DNA from: Mobula hypostoma | Taxonomy: Eukaryota | Direction of reading: 5' to 3' | NCBI RefSeq assembly: GCF_963921235.1 | Contig: NC_086108.1 | Coordinates: forward strand, 14,508,001-14,572,000 | Length of the DNA stretch: 64,000 bases | In this document: positions 50,344 through 64,000 of the stretch, piece by piece | How the letters are laid out: each line of letters starts with the position of its first letter | Numbering within the stretch: position 1 is the stretch's first letter | Notes under the pieces: generated by a model | What the model was told of the DNA's origin: nothing | Databases searched by the model: none | Seen by the model: the letters and a program-made list of their open reading frames with translations, nothing else | Translations under genes and position numbers: made by a program

Positions 50344-50730
50344 AACACAAGAAAGTCTGCAGATGCTGGAAATCCAAAGCAACACACACAAAGTGCTGGA
50401 GGAACTCAACAGGTTAGGCAGTATCTGTGGAAATGAATAGACAGTCAAAGTTTCTGACCTTATACCTCTTCTTACCTGCCTCCTTCCCTCCTATTTTGGT
50501 CCACTCACCTCTCCTATCAGATTCTTTCTTTTCCAGCCCTCGACTTTTCCCACCCTCCTGGGTTCACCGATCACCCTGCACTAGCCTCCTTCCCTCCACC
50601 CACCTTTTTATTCTGGCATCTTCTTTCCTTCCCAGTCCTGAAGAGGGGTCTTGGCCCAAAACATAAACTATCTACTCATTTCCATAGATACTGCCTGACC
50701 TGCTGAGTTTCTCCGGCTGAGTGTCACATG
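50344..50730. mobile_element. Older inverted-type Penelope-like insertion
   Basis: A minus-strand tail piece is followed by a plus-strand terminal repeat with a degenerate hammerhead (~50634-50669). TSD AACTATT. Confidence 0.65.
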
Positions 50731-51909
50731 AACTATTGCTGTTTCCTCTTTACACATCTAAAGAAGTTTCTAGAAGTCTAGAAGCTGCATAGCAGATAGC
50801 ACGACGCTATTACAGCTCGGGCCATTCCAGAGTTCAGAATTCAATTCCAACACTGTTCTGTAAGGAGGCTCTGTACATCCTCCCCTTGGAATGCATTGGT
50901 CTTCCCTGGGTCTTCCAGTCTCATCCCACAGTTCAAAGACGTTAATTGGTCAGTGTAAATTGTCCTGTGATTGGGTTAGGGTTAATCGGGGTTGTGGGAT
51001 TGCAGGGGTGGTGTGGTTCAAAGGGCCAGAAGGGCCAATTCCACGCTGTATCACAAAATAAATACATTTTTTGTGTGTGTTTCACACTATTCCATCTTCT
51101 CAATACCATTGCCTTCCTTCGTGAGTTCAAAAGCTTTTCCAGTCCTTTGGCTTACAGCTTCAATTTGATGTTGTCAGCCTAATGGAATATTATCTTTAAA
51201 CCTTCTCAATATTACTTAACCCGTGTCTTACCTCTTACAGTGCTAAATATTAATTATATATATATTACTTACAAATTAACTCTTTAGCCACCACTGGCTT
51301 CACATCTTTTCTTGTTTTCTAAACTATCATTGACAGCCCAAGCTTGTGATTTTATAATTCTCTATTCAGATTTAGGACCTAAACTGACGCTAACTCTTCT
51401 CTGGCTCCCTTTCTCTAGCATCAACTCTTCACTGGGTTTCTGCACACAGAAACCAACTCCTCACAGGGTTCCTACACATTGACATTGGCTGCTTGCTGGC
51501 TTTCTCATAAACTTTCACAAAGAGGGGGGAGGGTACATGGAATGAGCAGCCAGAGGTACAAAATCAACATTCAACATACATTTAGACATTTATACATGGA
51601 TAGGAAAGCTTAGGAGGAATAAGGGTTAAATACAGGCAAATGAGACCAACTCAGATTGGTATATGGTAGGCACAGAGCAGATGGGTCGAAGGACCTGATT
51701 TCTCTGCTATATGATTCTAAATTGTCCAGCTCCTCACTATCTCCCGTACGCTATCAGCTAGCTGATCCCTGTTGTCTTCCTGCACACTGCATTGACTTCT
51801 TACCACAAACATAAATGCAGTCCTGGGCATGGTGTGTACACACAAACACTCTCACTGCTTGTGAACCCTCACACACCCATTCTCATCTATCTGCACAAGC
51901 CTAATCTGT

Positions 51910-54350
51910 TAGACCATAAGACATTGGAGCAGAATTAAGACATTCAGGCATCAAGTATGTTCTGCCATTCCATCATGGCTGATCCATTTTCCCTCCCAGC
52001 CCCAACCACCTGCCTTCTCCCTGTATCCCTTCATGCCCTAACTAATCAAGAATCTATCAGCCTTTGCTTTAAATACACCCAGTGACTTGACCTCCACAGC
52101 TGCCTGTGACAATGAATTCCACAGACTCATCCCACTCTGGCTTTTTAGAATTTCCATTCTAAAAGGACATCCCTCTATTTTGAATCTGTGTCCTCTGGTC
52201 TCAGACTCTTCCACCAGAGGATCATCCTATCCAAGTCCATGCTATCAACGCCTTTCAACATTCGCTAGGTTTCAATGAAGTCACCCTTCATTCTTCTAAA
52301 TTCCAGTGAGTAGAGGCGCAAAGCCATCGAACGCAGCTCATATGACAAACCTTTCAATCCCAAAACCTCCTTTGAAACCTCTCCAATATCAGCATATTCT
52401 TTCCTAGATAAGGGGCCTACAACTGCTCAGAATAATCCAACTGAGGCCTCACCAGTGCATTACATCCTTGCTTTTATATTCTAGTCCCCTCAAGATGAAT
52501 ACTAACATTGCATTTACCTCCCTCATCACGGACTCAACCTGCAAATTAACCTTCAGGGAATTCTGAATGAGGAATCCCAAGTCCCTTTGCACCTCAGAGT
52601 CTTGAATTTTCTCTCCATTTAGAAAATAGTCCACACTTTTACTTCTTCTACCAAAGTGAATGACCATACACTTCCCGACACTGTATTCCATCTGCCACTT
52701 CTTTGCCAAATCTTCTAATCTGTCTGAGTACTTCTGTAGCCTGTCTACCTCCTCAAAACTACCTGCCCCTCCACCTGTCTTCATAATCGCTCTCAAACTT
52801 GGCCACAAAGCCATCAATTCCATTCTCCAAGTCACTGACGTATAACATAAAAATAAGTGGTCCCAACACAGACCCCTGTGGAACACCACTAGTCACTGGC
52901 AGCCAACCAAAAAAGGCTCCCTTTATTCCCACTCTTTGCCTCCTGCCAATCAGCCAATGCTCTATCCATACTAGTATCTTTCCTGTAATACCATGGCCTC
53001 TTGTTAAGCAGCCTCATGTGTGGCACCTTGTCAAAGGTCTTCTGAAAATCCAAGTGTACAGCATCCACCAATTCTCCATTGTCTATCCTGCTTGTTATTT
53101 CTTCAAAGAATTCCAACAAATTTATCAGGCAAAATTTTCCCTTAAGATAACTATGCTGACTCAGTCTATTTTATCATTTGTTTCCAAGTACCCCAAAACC
53201 ACATCATTAATAATAAAATCCAACATCTTACCAACCACTGAGGTCAGACTAATTGGCCTATAATTTCCTTTCTTCTGCCTCTCTCCCTTCTTGAGGACTG
53301 GAGTGACATTTGCAATTTTCTATTCCTCTGGAACCATGCCAGAATCAATTAATTTTTGAAAGATCAGTACTAATGCCTCCAAAATCTCTTCAGCCACCTC
53401 TTTCAGAATCCTGGGATTATACCATCTGGTCCACATGACATCTACCTTCAGACCTGCCAGTATTCTCTTCCAGTCAATTTTTGCCAGCTCCTCTCCTATG
53501 CCTCTGTAATTCCTTTTATTCCACAGTAATACTGATACATCTGACTTTATCTTCTACTTTTCAAATTGCAGGGTGAATTCTATCATATTATGATCATGGG
53601 CCCCTAAGGGTTCCTTTACTTTAAGTGCTGTAATCAATTCTGGTTCATTGCACAACACCCAATCCAGAATAGCTGATCCCCTAGTGGGCTCACCACGAGC
53701 TGCTCAAAAATACCATCTTGTAGGCATTCTAGAAATTCCCCCTCTTGAAATCCAGCACCAACCTGATCTCCCTAATCAACCTACATAGTGACTATTGTAA
53801 CGTTGCCTTTTTGGCATTCATTTTGTATCTCCCGTTGTAATTTGTAGACCACATCTTTACTACTGTTTGGGGGTCTGTGTATAACTCCCATTAAGCTCCT
53901 TTAACATCACTGTTCCTATATCACCACTTTCTAATGATTTGATTTAATTTTTTACCAACAGAGCCACGACACCCTCTCTGTTAACCTGCCTGTCCTTTTG
54001 ATACAATGTGTGTCCTTGGATGTGAAGCTCCCAGCTATAATCTTCTTTCAGCCATGATTCAATGATGCCTACAACATAATACAATCTGTAACTTTAGTAC
54101 AAGCTCATCTATCTTATTCCGTATACTGTGCGCATTCATCACCCGTTTTGATTTTGTCCACATTATACATTGCAACTCATCCTGTTGACTGCAATTTTGC
54201 CCTATCATCAGCATCTCTTTGCTAGTAGTCTCACCACACACTGACTCTGTTTGTAAACTAACTATCTCATCATCAGCACTATCACTCCGGCTCCCATCCC
54301 CCTGCCTAATTAGTTTTAACCCTCCCAAACAGCTGTAGCAAACCGAGGTC
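51910..54350 (-). mobile_element. Decayed CR1 LINE ORF2
   Basis: HLDFQKTFDKVPH, WQMEYSVGKCMVIHFG and NAHSIRNKIDEL motifs. Tail reads AGACCATAAGAC on the + strand. Confidence 0.85.
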
Positions 54351-54579
54351 TGACTTTTAGCCTTCTACCCACTTCCTAAAATCTTCCTTCAGGAGCTCCT
54401 CACCTTTCCTACCTATGTCATTGGTGTCACTATGACCACTACCTCAACATGCAAGTTAACCTTTAGGGAATCCTGCCCAAGTCCCTTTACACTTCTGATT
54501 TCTGAATTTACCCCCCTTTTAGAAAATGGTCCATGCCTTTATTCTTTCTACCAAACTGCATGTCCATACACTTCCTTGC

Positions 54580-55220
54580 ATCAATGGATCTGGGGTTGAG
54601 AGGGTAAACAGCTTTAAGTTCCTCTGCATACACATCACCGAGGATCTCACGTGGTCTGGATGGTGAAAAAGCACAACAGCGCCTCTTTCACCTCAGACGG
54701 TTGAAGAAGTTTGGCATGAGTCTCCAAATCCTAAAGACTTTCTACAGGGGCACAATTGAGAGCATCCTAACTGGCTGCATCACTGCCTGGTATGGGAATT
54801 GTAATTCCCTCAATCACAGGGCTCTGCAGAGAGTGGTACGGACAGCCCAGCACATCTGTGGATGTGAACTTCCCGCTATTCAGGGCATATACAGAGACAG
54901 GTGCATAAAAAGGGCCCGAAGGATCATTGGGGATCATTGGGCACTCCAACCACGAACTGTTCCAGCTGCTACCGTCCGGGGAATGGTATCGCAGCATAAA
55001 AGCCAACAGGCTCTGGGACAGCTTCTTCCACTAGGCCAACAGACTGATTAATTCACACTGATAACAATCATACTTCATGCTATATTGACTGTTCTACATA
55101 CTATTTATTACAAATTACTATAAATTGCACATTGCACATTTAGACGGAGACGTAACATAAAGATTTTTACTCCTCATGGATGCGAAGGATGTAAGAAATA
55201 AAGTTAATTCAATTCTTCTT
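54580..55220 (+). mobile_element. Rex1/Babar-like LINE 3' end
   Basis: KKFGMS..ILKTFYRGTIESILTGCITAWYGNC motif and a (TTCAA)n tail. An inverted relative lies at ~60535-60930. Confidence 0.75.
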
Positions 55221-55229
55221 CAATTCAAT

Positions 55230-56610
55230 TCTTCCATCTGCCACTTCTTTGACAATTCTCCTAATCAGTTTAAGTCCTTCTGCAGCCTCCCTGTTTCTCA
55301 ACACTACCTGTCCCTCCACCTATTTTTTTTTATTGTTTGCAAACTTGGCCCCAAAGATATCAATTCGTCATCCAAACTATTGACATATAACATAAAAAGA
55401 AGCAGTCCCAGCACCAGTCCTTGTGGAACACCAGCAGTCTCTGGCAAACAACCAGGAAAGGCCCTCCTTTATTTATTGTCTTTGCCTCCTGCCAGTCAGC
55501 CAATCTTCTACCCAAGCTAATAATTTTCATGTAATACCATGTGCTCTTATCTTGATTAGCAGCCTCACGTGTGGCATCTGTGAAAGGCCTTCTGAAAATC
55601 CAAGTAAACAACATCCACTGACTCAGAATTCATTTAAGGAAGTCATGCTGACTTTGGACTATTTTATTATGCGCCTCTAAGTACCCTGAAATCTCAATCT
55701 TGAAAATAGATTCCAACACCTTACCAACTGCTCAAATCAGGCTAAGTGGCCTATAATTTCCTGTCCTTGGCTCCCACCCTTCTTAAAGAGTGGAGTGACT
55801 TTTGCAATTTTCCAGTCCTCCAAAACTATTCCAGAATCTAGTGATTCTTGAAAGATCATCACTAATGTCTCCACAATCTCTTCAGCTACCTCCTTCAGAA
55901 CCCTGGGGTGTAGTCCATTTGGTCCACGTAACATACCGACCTTAAGACTTTTCAGCTTACCTTAGTAACTGCTATTGCACTCATTTCTGTCCCCGGACAC
56001 TCACAAATTTCTGGCTCACTGCTGTTGAAGAGTATTGAGAAATAAAGTCTGTACACCATTTCTTTGTCCCCCCATTACTATCTCTCCAGCATCATTTTCC
56101 AGCAGTCTGATATCCATTCTCACCTCTCTTTTAATGTTTCTGAAAAGACTTTTGGTATCCTCTTTTATATTATTGGCTACCTTGCATTCATATTTAATCT
56201 TTTCACTCCATATTGCTTTTTTAGTTAGTTTTTAAAAGCTTCCCAATCCTCCAGCTCAGCAATAATTTTTACTGTATTACATGCCCTCTCTTTTGCTTTT
56301 ATGTTGGCTTTGATTTTCTTGTCAGCCACAGTTGCCTCTTACTCCCTTTAGAAAACTTCATCTTTGGGATGCATCTGTCCTGCACCTTCCAAATTGCTCC
56401 CAGAAATTCCAGCATTGCTGCGGTGCCATCACTTTTGCTTGCTATTGTCCCCCTCCAATCAACTTTGGCCAGCTCCTCTTTTATGCCTCTGTAATTCCCA
56501 TTACTCCACTGTAATTCTGATGCATCTGATTTCGGCTTCTCCCTCCCAAATTTTAGGGTGAATTCTATTATATTATGATCACTGCCTCCTGAGCACTCCT
56601 TTTACCTTTA
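55230..56610 (-). mobile_element. Decayed CR1 ORF2 fragment
   Basis: GPNGLHPRVLKEVAEEI...DWKIAKVTPLFKKG motif. Confidence 0.8.
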
Positions 56611-56692
56611 GCTCTCTGTTCCATGCTTCTCACAAGTTTCTCAAACATGTGTGTAGTCTTTGATTGTCTTGACTTTTATTTCCCTTTGATAA

Positions 56693-56848
<156 letters not shown>

Positions 56849-58422
56849 TGAGTATTCCCCGCACATCTGGTTGATTTAAGTATCAGCTCAGCCTGCCTAA
56901 CTCCTCTTGCTTATCAGGGATATTATTGCCAACTTCTTGCTTGCCCCTCAAACCTACTCCTATACTTTTCTTACCACATTCCATTTCACCTTCACCTACT
57001 CACCTTACCATGTCATCAAACCCACATTCCCTTCCCTATCCGATGACATTCCTCGTCTACCTAGCATTCTCCTGCAACCCCACCTCAACAGCTTCTCACG
57101 GCCATCTGTTCTATATTTCCTACTTCACTCACCAAAGGTGTGGAAAATGGCACCTCATCCATTTGAAATCACCATTGCATGATATTTAATGGAATGTTTT
57201 GCAACCATTCTTGAGATGTGCTGACAAAATTTATTGCCCTTGTGCTTAGTAAGTTTGTGGAGACCTGCCTTGAATTGCTGCCAGTTGGATGAAATGCCAA
57301 ATGCTGTTAGTTTGGAAACATCAGGATTCCAAACCAAACAAAAAGACAAAGAGAGCCAGATTAGAATGGTGTAGGTCTTGGAATGGATTGTGTAAGTTAC
57401 AGTACTCCCACATACCTGGGCATCACCGTAGCGTTGCAGTTAGCACAACACTGTTACAGCTTGGGGCTTTGGAGTTCAGAGTTCAGTTCCGACATCATCT
57501 GGAAGGAGTCAATACATCAACCCCCCCCTTGATACTTTGGTATCCTTCCACAGTCCAAAGATGTACCGGTTAGTTGGTTGATTGGTCATTGCAAATTGTC
57601 CAGTGATTAGGCTAGGGTTAAATTGATGGTTTGCTGGGCAGTGTGGCTTGAAGGGACGGAATAGCCTGTTCTGCACTGCATCTCTAAATAAAATAAACAA
57701 GTATCTTTAGTTTTCATGTAGTGGAGGTTATGGGTGCTTCCTCAAATGTTTTGACGTTGATATTGTGCTTTCTTTGAATAATATGCAGTGTAGCCAAAGT
57801 GCATCAAGACATGGCACTAACTATTGAATATCATGTCGGGTCTGCCACTAGAACAGACTGCATTGGGTATGGGACCCAGCAATTTGGAACATTGTTGGAG
57901 ACTATTCCTTCACACTCTAGATTTTTGCCTTACAGATGGTGGGTGGAAAGTTTAGCAGCCAAGAGGCAAGTCTCACTCGCAGATTTTCCAGACTTGTGGT
58001 AGAGCAGCTTCCTCACAGCATCAGAGACCCAAGTTCAATTCCAGTGTTGGGTACTTTCTGTGTGGAGTTTGCACATTCTCTCTGTGGCTGTGTGTATTTC
58101 TCCAGTGTGTTCGAGTTTCCTCCCACATTCCAGTTTTGTAGGTTAATTGGTGACTATAACCTGCCACTAGAGCAGTAGAATCTGCGGAGCGTAGATGAGA
58201 ATATTGGGAAAAATTTAGAAATGGAAGTAATATAGGATTGGTATAAGTAATGATTGACAGTCAGCATGTACTCAGTGGGCTGAAGGGCCACTATTTCTAT
58301 GCTGTTTCTCTCTATTACTGCACCAACCCATTACTTCCTTATAACGATACATGAGTGACTGATGTTGTTTTCTGTTTCATTGTGCAACCTTAAAGTCCTT
58401 TCACATGTTCTTTTCATCTTAG

Positions 58423-58495
58423 ATTCAACTTTGAGGAAGGTACACCTCCAACCAACTTTGACACCTTTCCCGCTGCAATCATCACTGTGTTTCAG
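58423..58495 (+). CDS. CACNA1E: Cav2.3-like exon (domain II turret and P1 helix)
   Basis: ttcatcttAG acceptor and GTACAG donor. Encodes (Q)[24 protein letters not shown]. 73 bp. Confidence 0.95.
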
Positions 58496-59814
58496 GTACA
58501 GGTGTCCAGCACTTTAAATGAAGGCCTTACTAATGCATGAATAAGTCAAAGTTATGCAGAGATGCATTGAAGAAAAAGAAGTGTGCTAGTCAAAGCACAA
58601 AGATCACTTATCAGAAAATGGTGTATTCCATAGAATGTGTCCCTCTGTGTGTAGCACTTGATAATCATCAGAAAGAGCAAGTAGTATTCATCCAAAGTTT
58701 TTCAGTAATTGTCAGTTAGAAACAAAGATGTGCAATGAGTCAAAGGCCAATAAACTTAAACTATATCCAGTAATCAATGACAAGTCAGTAAGTAATGAAG
58801 ACGTAAAGCTAAGTGGCATAGTGAAGATGACTGGTGACAAAGACATAGAATTATAGAGTCAAATGTGAAGCATTTGTGAAGAGATGTAATAATCTGTGTG
58901 CTTTGAAGAGGTATAACATTGGTGAGTGCAGATGATGTACAAACTCTGTTGTAATTTCTGCTGGCCCTTGAGTGATGATTTTGGATTTACTTGCAAAAGT
59001 AGTCAGGTCCTATTTCAAGCAGATTAACAAAATTGACAAAGCAAGTTTTGGCCAATTGCAACATGAGAGTACAAATCACAACAATATTGTCGCAGTTCCA
59101 TATCGATTCTTCAGATCAAAAACTTTCACTTACTAAGACATTACTGGGCTCTCAAGTCATTGCATTAGGGTGATGTCAGTCAGTCAGTGAATACCGATGT
59201 AATGTTGGTTAATATTAGGTGAAGATTTGCAAAATTAATCAGTGACTGGTGTAATTTGTAATGTGTAATTTTATTGGCTGAGAGGACATATCAAAGTGAA
59301 TTATCACATTGTAGCTATACAAGGCAGGAGTGCTCTTGGAGTACTGCGTGTAGTTCGATAGGAAGGATGTGATTTTGCTGGACAGAGTGTCGAAGAGGTT
59401 CACCAGAATGTTGTTTGCATTAGAGGACATGTGTTATGCAGAAAGATTGGATAAGCTTGGCATGTTTTCCCTGGAGCAATGGAGATGGAGGATGATGTCA
59501 TAGGAGTATTATAGGATTATGAAAGACAAAGACTGGGTAGATAGCCAAAACCATTTTAATAAGGTTAGGCTATCAAAAACAAGGCAGCCTAGGTTTAAGG
59601 TGAGAGGAATGAGATGTGCCAAAGGGCATATTTCTATGCTTTACATCTGTGACTCTATGATCCTATATATGTTATATTAGTGAAGACATTAAATACAGAG
59701 AGATTAAAATGCAGTGAGTGAAGTTACATAATATGAGTCAATTGGAGGTGAGTGCCCTCAATGAGAGATGGACATGTGTACGATTGATCACTCACTGATA
59801 AATACCTAGATAGG

Positions 59815-60395
59815 ATCGAGATGTTTTATTGAAGTTGTACAAGACATTGATGAGGCCTAATTAGGAGTGTTGTGTGCATTCTGGTCACCTACCTACAGGA
59901 AAGATACTCAATAAGATTGAAAGAGTGCAGAGAAAATTTACAAGGATGTTGTCAGGACTTGAGGACCTGAGTTATAGGGAAAGTTCAATAGGTTCAGACT
60001 TTATTCCCTGGAACGTAGAAAAATGGGGGATAGAATTGATAGAGACATACAAAATTATGAGGGGTATAGATAGATTAAATGCAACAGGCTTTTTCTACTG
60101 TGGTTGGGTGAGACTAAAACTAGAGGTCATGCGTTAAGGTAGAAAGGTGAAATGTTTAAGGGGAACATGAGATGAACTTCTTCCTCAGAGAGTGATAAGA
60201 GTGTAGAACAAGCTGCCAGCGAAAATGAAGGGTGGGAGTTTGATTTCAAAATTTAAGAGAAATTTGGTTAAGAACATGGATGTAAGGGTTATGGAGGGCT
60301 ATGCTCCAGATGTAGGTCAATGGGACTAGGCAGATTCATGGTTCAGCATGGACTAGATGAGCCGAAGGGCTTGTTTCTGTAGTGGTCTATGACTT
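59815..60395 (+). mobile_element. CR1 3' end fragment
   Basis: KIERVQRKFTRML.GL motif. Similar to 3090-3590. Confidence 0.75.
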
Positions 60396-62267
60396 TTAAC
60401 AGAACCTCATTCTGTGTGTGGTTAAAAAAAAGCATGTGGTAAATGAGTCAGATAGGGTCATCAGTGAGTGAGTGATGTGAAGATACGCAAATATTAGTAG
60501 ATTTGTACAAATGTAACAAAGGTGATATGTATTTTTTTTATTGAATTGACCTTATTTCTTACATCCTTCACATACATGAGGAGTAAAAATCTTTACGTTA
60601 CGTCTCCATCGAAATGTGCAATGTGCAATCATGGGAATTTATAGTAAATTGAACAGTCAATGTAATATAGAGTACACTCAAATCAGCACGAGTTCATCAG
60701 TCTGATGGCCCGGTGGAAGATGCTGTCCTAGAGCCTGTTGGTCCTGGCTTTTATGCTGTGGTAGCACTTACCAGATAGTAGCAGCTGGAATAGATTGTGG
60801 TTGGGATGGTTTGGGTCCCCAATGATCCTACACCTGTCCTTGTAAATGTCCCGAATCATGGGAACTACAGATGCACTGGGCTGTCCGCACCACTCTCTGC
60901 AGAGTTCTGCGATTAAGGGAGGTACAGTTTTATGGTTAATTGATGAAAATATGGGTCACAAGTCAGTGATGCTATGTAAAGTAACAAGGAAACAAGGACA
61001 TTGGTGAAATCTGTGCGAAAAGGAGTCACTACAGCTGTACAAGTCCTCCCCAGCTTACAAACCTCCGACTGACGGACACTCTGTACCTATGCACAAGCAT
61101 TTGAGAGGCCAGCTGATAGGCATACCCATCTGCCTGCTCTGCTTTCATAGCTGTCTCAGTAATCCTCTCCCACACACTGTTGTTCAATTCCCACTTACAA
61201 ACAGTTCAGGAACAAACCCTGTCGTAATCTGGGCAATACAATGAAGTATGTTACTGACAACGGTGTTGCGCCAAGAACCTGTTATGGACTGTCCAGCTGC
61301 CATGCCGATTATTACTCGGGCCACACCAACTCAAACTGGCATAGCTCTGTGTACAGTTATTCATTGAGACATAACGTGAGGTAGTCACTGGTCATCAAGC
61401 TTATCGAGGAAATCTCTGAGCTGAGGAGAGCTCGCAACCAAACAGAGGGAGGGGCACCAGCACCTTCTAGCACAAGTGATTAGAGAGAGTGACTGCAGGG
61501 CAGACAAAGTTGGATTGCTTCCTCTGGTAGATCAGAGGCTGAGGGACGACTTGATAGAGCTTTATTAAATTATGAGAGGCATTATCAGAATCTTTCTCCC
61601 AGAGTAGAAATGTCAGAGTTTGAAGTATAAGAGCAGCAAGATTTTTTTTTAAACACAGAGTGATGGGTGCCTGGAACATGTTGCCAGGGGCAGTGGGGGG
61701 CCACATGAATATGCACGGATGCAGGGTTATGGATTATGTACAGGCAGAAGGGATTTAGTTTAATTCAGCATTGTGGTTCAGCACAGACAAGGTGTGGCAA
61801 AGTTCTAGATTTTACCCAGGCAGTCTGCCAGCACAGTCATTGCAGGGGGTGCTAGCAGGATGCATTTTGCTTCCCTTATCTGTTGAATAGCCACACCGCT
61901 TGCCCAAGTTCTCCCAGCACATTCCTTGCATGTAGCCGATTTCTGCTGCATTACTGGATGACTCCACACCAAAATATGCAGCAATTAGATCGTCATTGCC
62001 ATTGGCAGGCAGGGCTACACATCAGGTTCCCGGCAGGGCAGCATACAACCCACACATTTGTCTTTTTTTGAGTACTGTGACTGTTTGAACTAGAGGACCA
62101 GGGTTCCAGCTTTCTGTAAACAGGGTACTGGTGTTTTTACTGAGTGGTAATGAAAATCAATGTTAATTTCTGTGCTTCCTTATATTGGTCCCATTATGTC
62201 CACAAGATTTTGATCCAGATCTGACCTTTGCATGTTTGAGTTCCTTCTGCTTATGCAACCAGAGTAA

Positions 62268-62453
<186 letters not shown>

Positions 62454-64000
62454 TGATTAGGAACTCAGGGATCCTTTCAAAATATTCAAAGCCTAGAGTG
62501 AATAATGCACTACCTTGCTGATATGAAAGAAGGGGCTGATGTCATTTTTAAATGATATTGGCCATTCAGTAAAATGTTACTCAACCTCCCCTTCACATAT
62601 GCGAGGTTGCTGGTCGTAAAGGTGTCACTAAAGGAAATAATGTCTTCATAAAGGAGATAATCCAACACATTAATTGCCAGAGTATTATTATCTTACATAT
62701 GCCCTTCTATAATTTTTTCAGCACTTTTCAGTTTATACATGTAAGTTATGGTTAATGCAAGCAAATTGAAGTCACAAGGCTGGAGAGTTTGGCCAATAGT
62801 TAGTCTCTCCTCACACTCAGACTTGGAATTGAAGAAAGATTTAGAAAACTGATGGAGGATTAAGGTCAAATCTGATTCAAAAAGAGGAATAAGCTCATTG
62901 AAGATTAACACAAAGATCAAAAATAGTGGCAGGAAGGAAGTGGAAGGGTCTTTTATTAGGAAAAAGAAATACATACAAGTTTTTAAAACTTCTGGCAACA
63001 AGTTACCAACTTCTTATTTGACCTGGGTGGTTCAGTGACTTGGGAGGAACACAAATCACTTTGTTGAAAGAACCCTAGCATTCTTGATTCTTGAACCTAA
63101 CTTTCTACAGGAATCTTACTGGATAGTTGGGGTGATTGTTCTAGTATTAAGTGTTAGAATCTGGTTTTCCAGGAGAAGTTGAGGGTTAGCACCACTACAG
63201 TCTGGGTCTAGAAATTAAACCATAGACAAATGAAGAGAGATCAATACCAGACATTTCAGTATGAGCTCTTCAGGAAGAATAAGTTGCCGTAGGATTTGTG
63301 GCCTTTGACCATGGCAAAACCATGAAGATTGCCAAACGAAGCAATATTGGAACATTTAAATGGTTGTGTCCCAGGTTGTCTGGGGAGAACAGGAGGTCCC
63401 ACGAGTGAACAGAAGACCATTTTGTTGGGTAGTTAATCAAGATGTTGTCCCTCCATGGCCATTGGATCAGGCAGCACCTGTGGAGGTGGAGGGATCAGGT
63501 CAAGCCTCAATATCAGAACTGCGAGTGTAGAACAGAGATTCCCAACCTGGGGTCCATGGACCCCTTGCTTAATGACATTGGTCCATGGCATGAAAAATAG
63601 TTAGGAACCCCAGGTATAGAGAAGAGAGCCAGAATATGGAATTGTACGGGGACGGTGAGGCAAGGGCTCGTAGGTGATATGTGGAACCAGGTGAGCAGAT
63701 GATGGGCAGTTGGAGCCGACAAGGGGAGGGGCAGCATTGAGACAGAGACTAGTATATGATAGAATCAGATAAGGGAGGAATGATAGGCAGATGGAGATAA
63801 GTTGAGGAAGGAAAAGGAAATTTGAACCAAGGGAGAAGAAACCCAGGAGGACGGGTAAATGGGTGATAGGAAGATGAAATCAAGTTAGAGAGGGTGATGT
63901 CTAACATGGGGTAGAGGAGGGGCAATAGAAAAGTTGAACTGGACTTGTCTGGACTGGTAAGAGTGGGAAAGCAACACAGGGGGAAGAGGGTTAACTGAAG

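Noticed and set aside
63620..64000. Purine-rich stretch at the window end
   Set aside because: It resembles the decayed purine-rich strand of old Penelope-like terminal repeats and is too degenerate to call.

Overview
Vertebrate genomic DNA, probably a cartilaginous fish such as a ray (inferred only from the repeat landscape). It holds six consecutive + strand coding exons of a Cav2-type voltage-gated calcium channel alpha-1 gene, best matching CACNA1E/Cav2.3. They cover the end of the I-II linker and IIS1-IIS6, and they splice in frame with matching phases. The last exon is followed by a U12-type GTATCCTTT donor. The introns, two of them 24 and 27 kb, are mostly decayed retroelements: CR1, Rex1/Babar-like, L1, HERO-like, SINEs, a PIF/Harbinger element and LTR elements. 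Four things stand out. (1) A young Penelope-like (RT + GIY-YIG) family carries minimal hammerhead ribozymes. Three intact copies lie on the channel's sense strand, and there are palindromic mini-insertions with clean target-site duplications (TSDs) whose breakpoints cluster at the ribozyme. (2) A Gypsy-type element has two full-length LTRs in INVERTED orientation, yet a near-TSD flanks the whole unit. (3) There is a four-layer nested insertion. (4) There are three unrelated 30-bp minisatellites. All family calls come from motif recognition by eye. No database searches were run, and the boundaries of old repeats are approximate.
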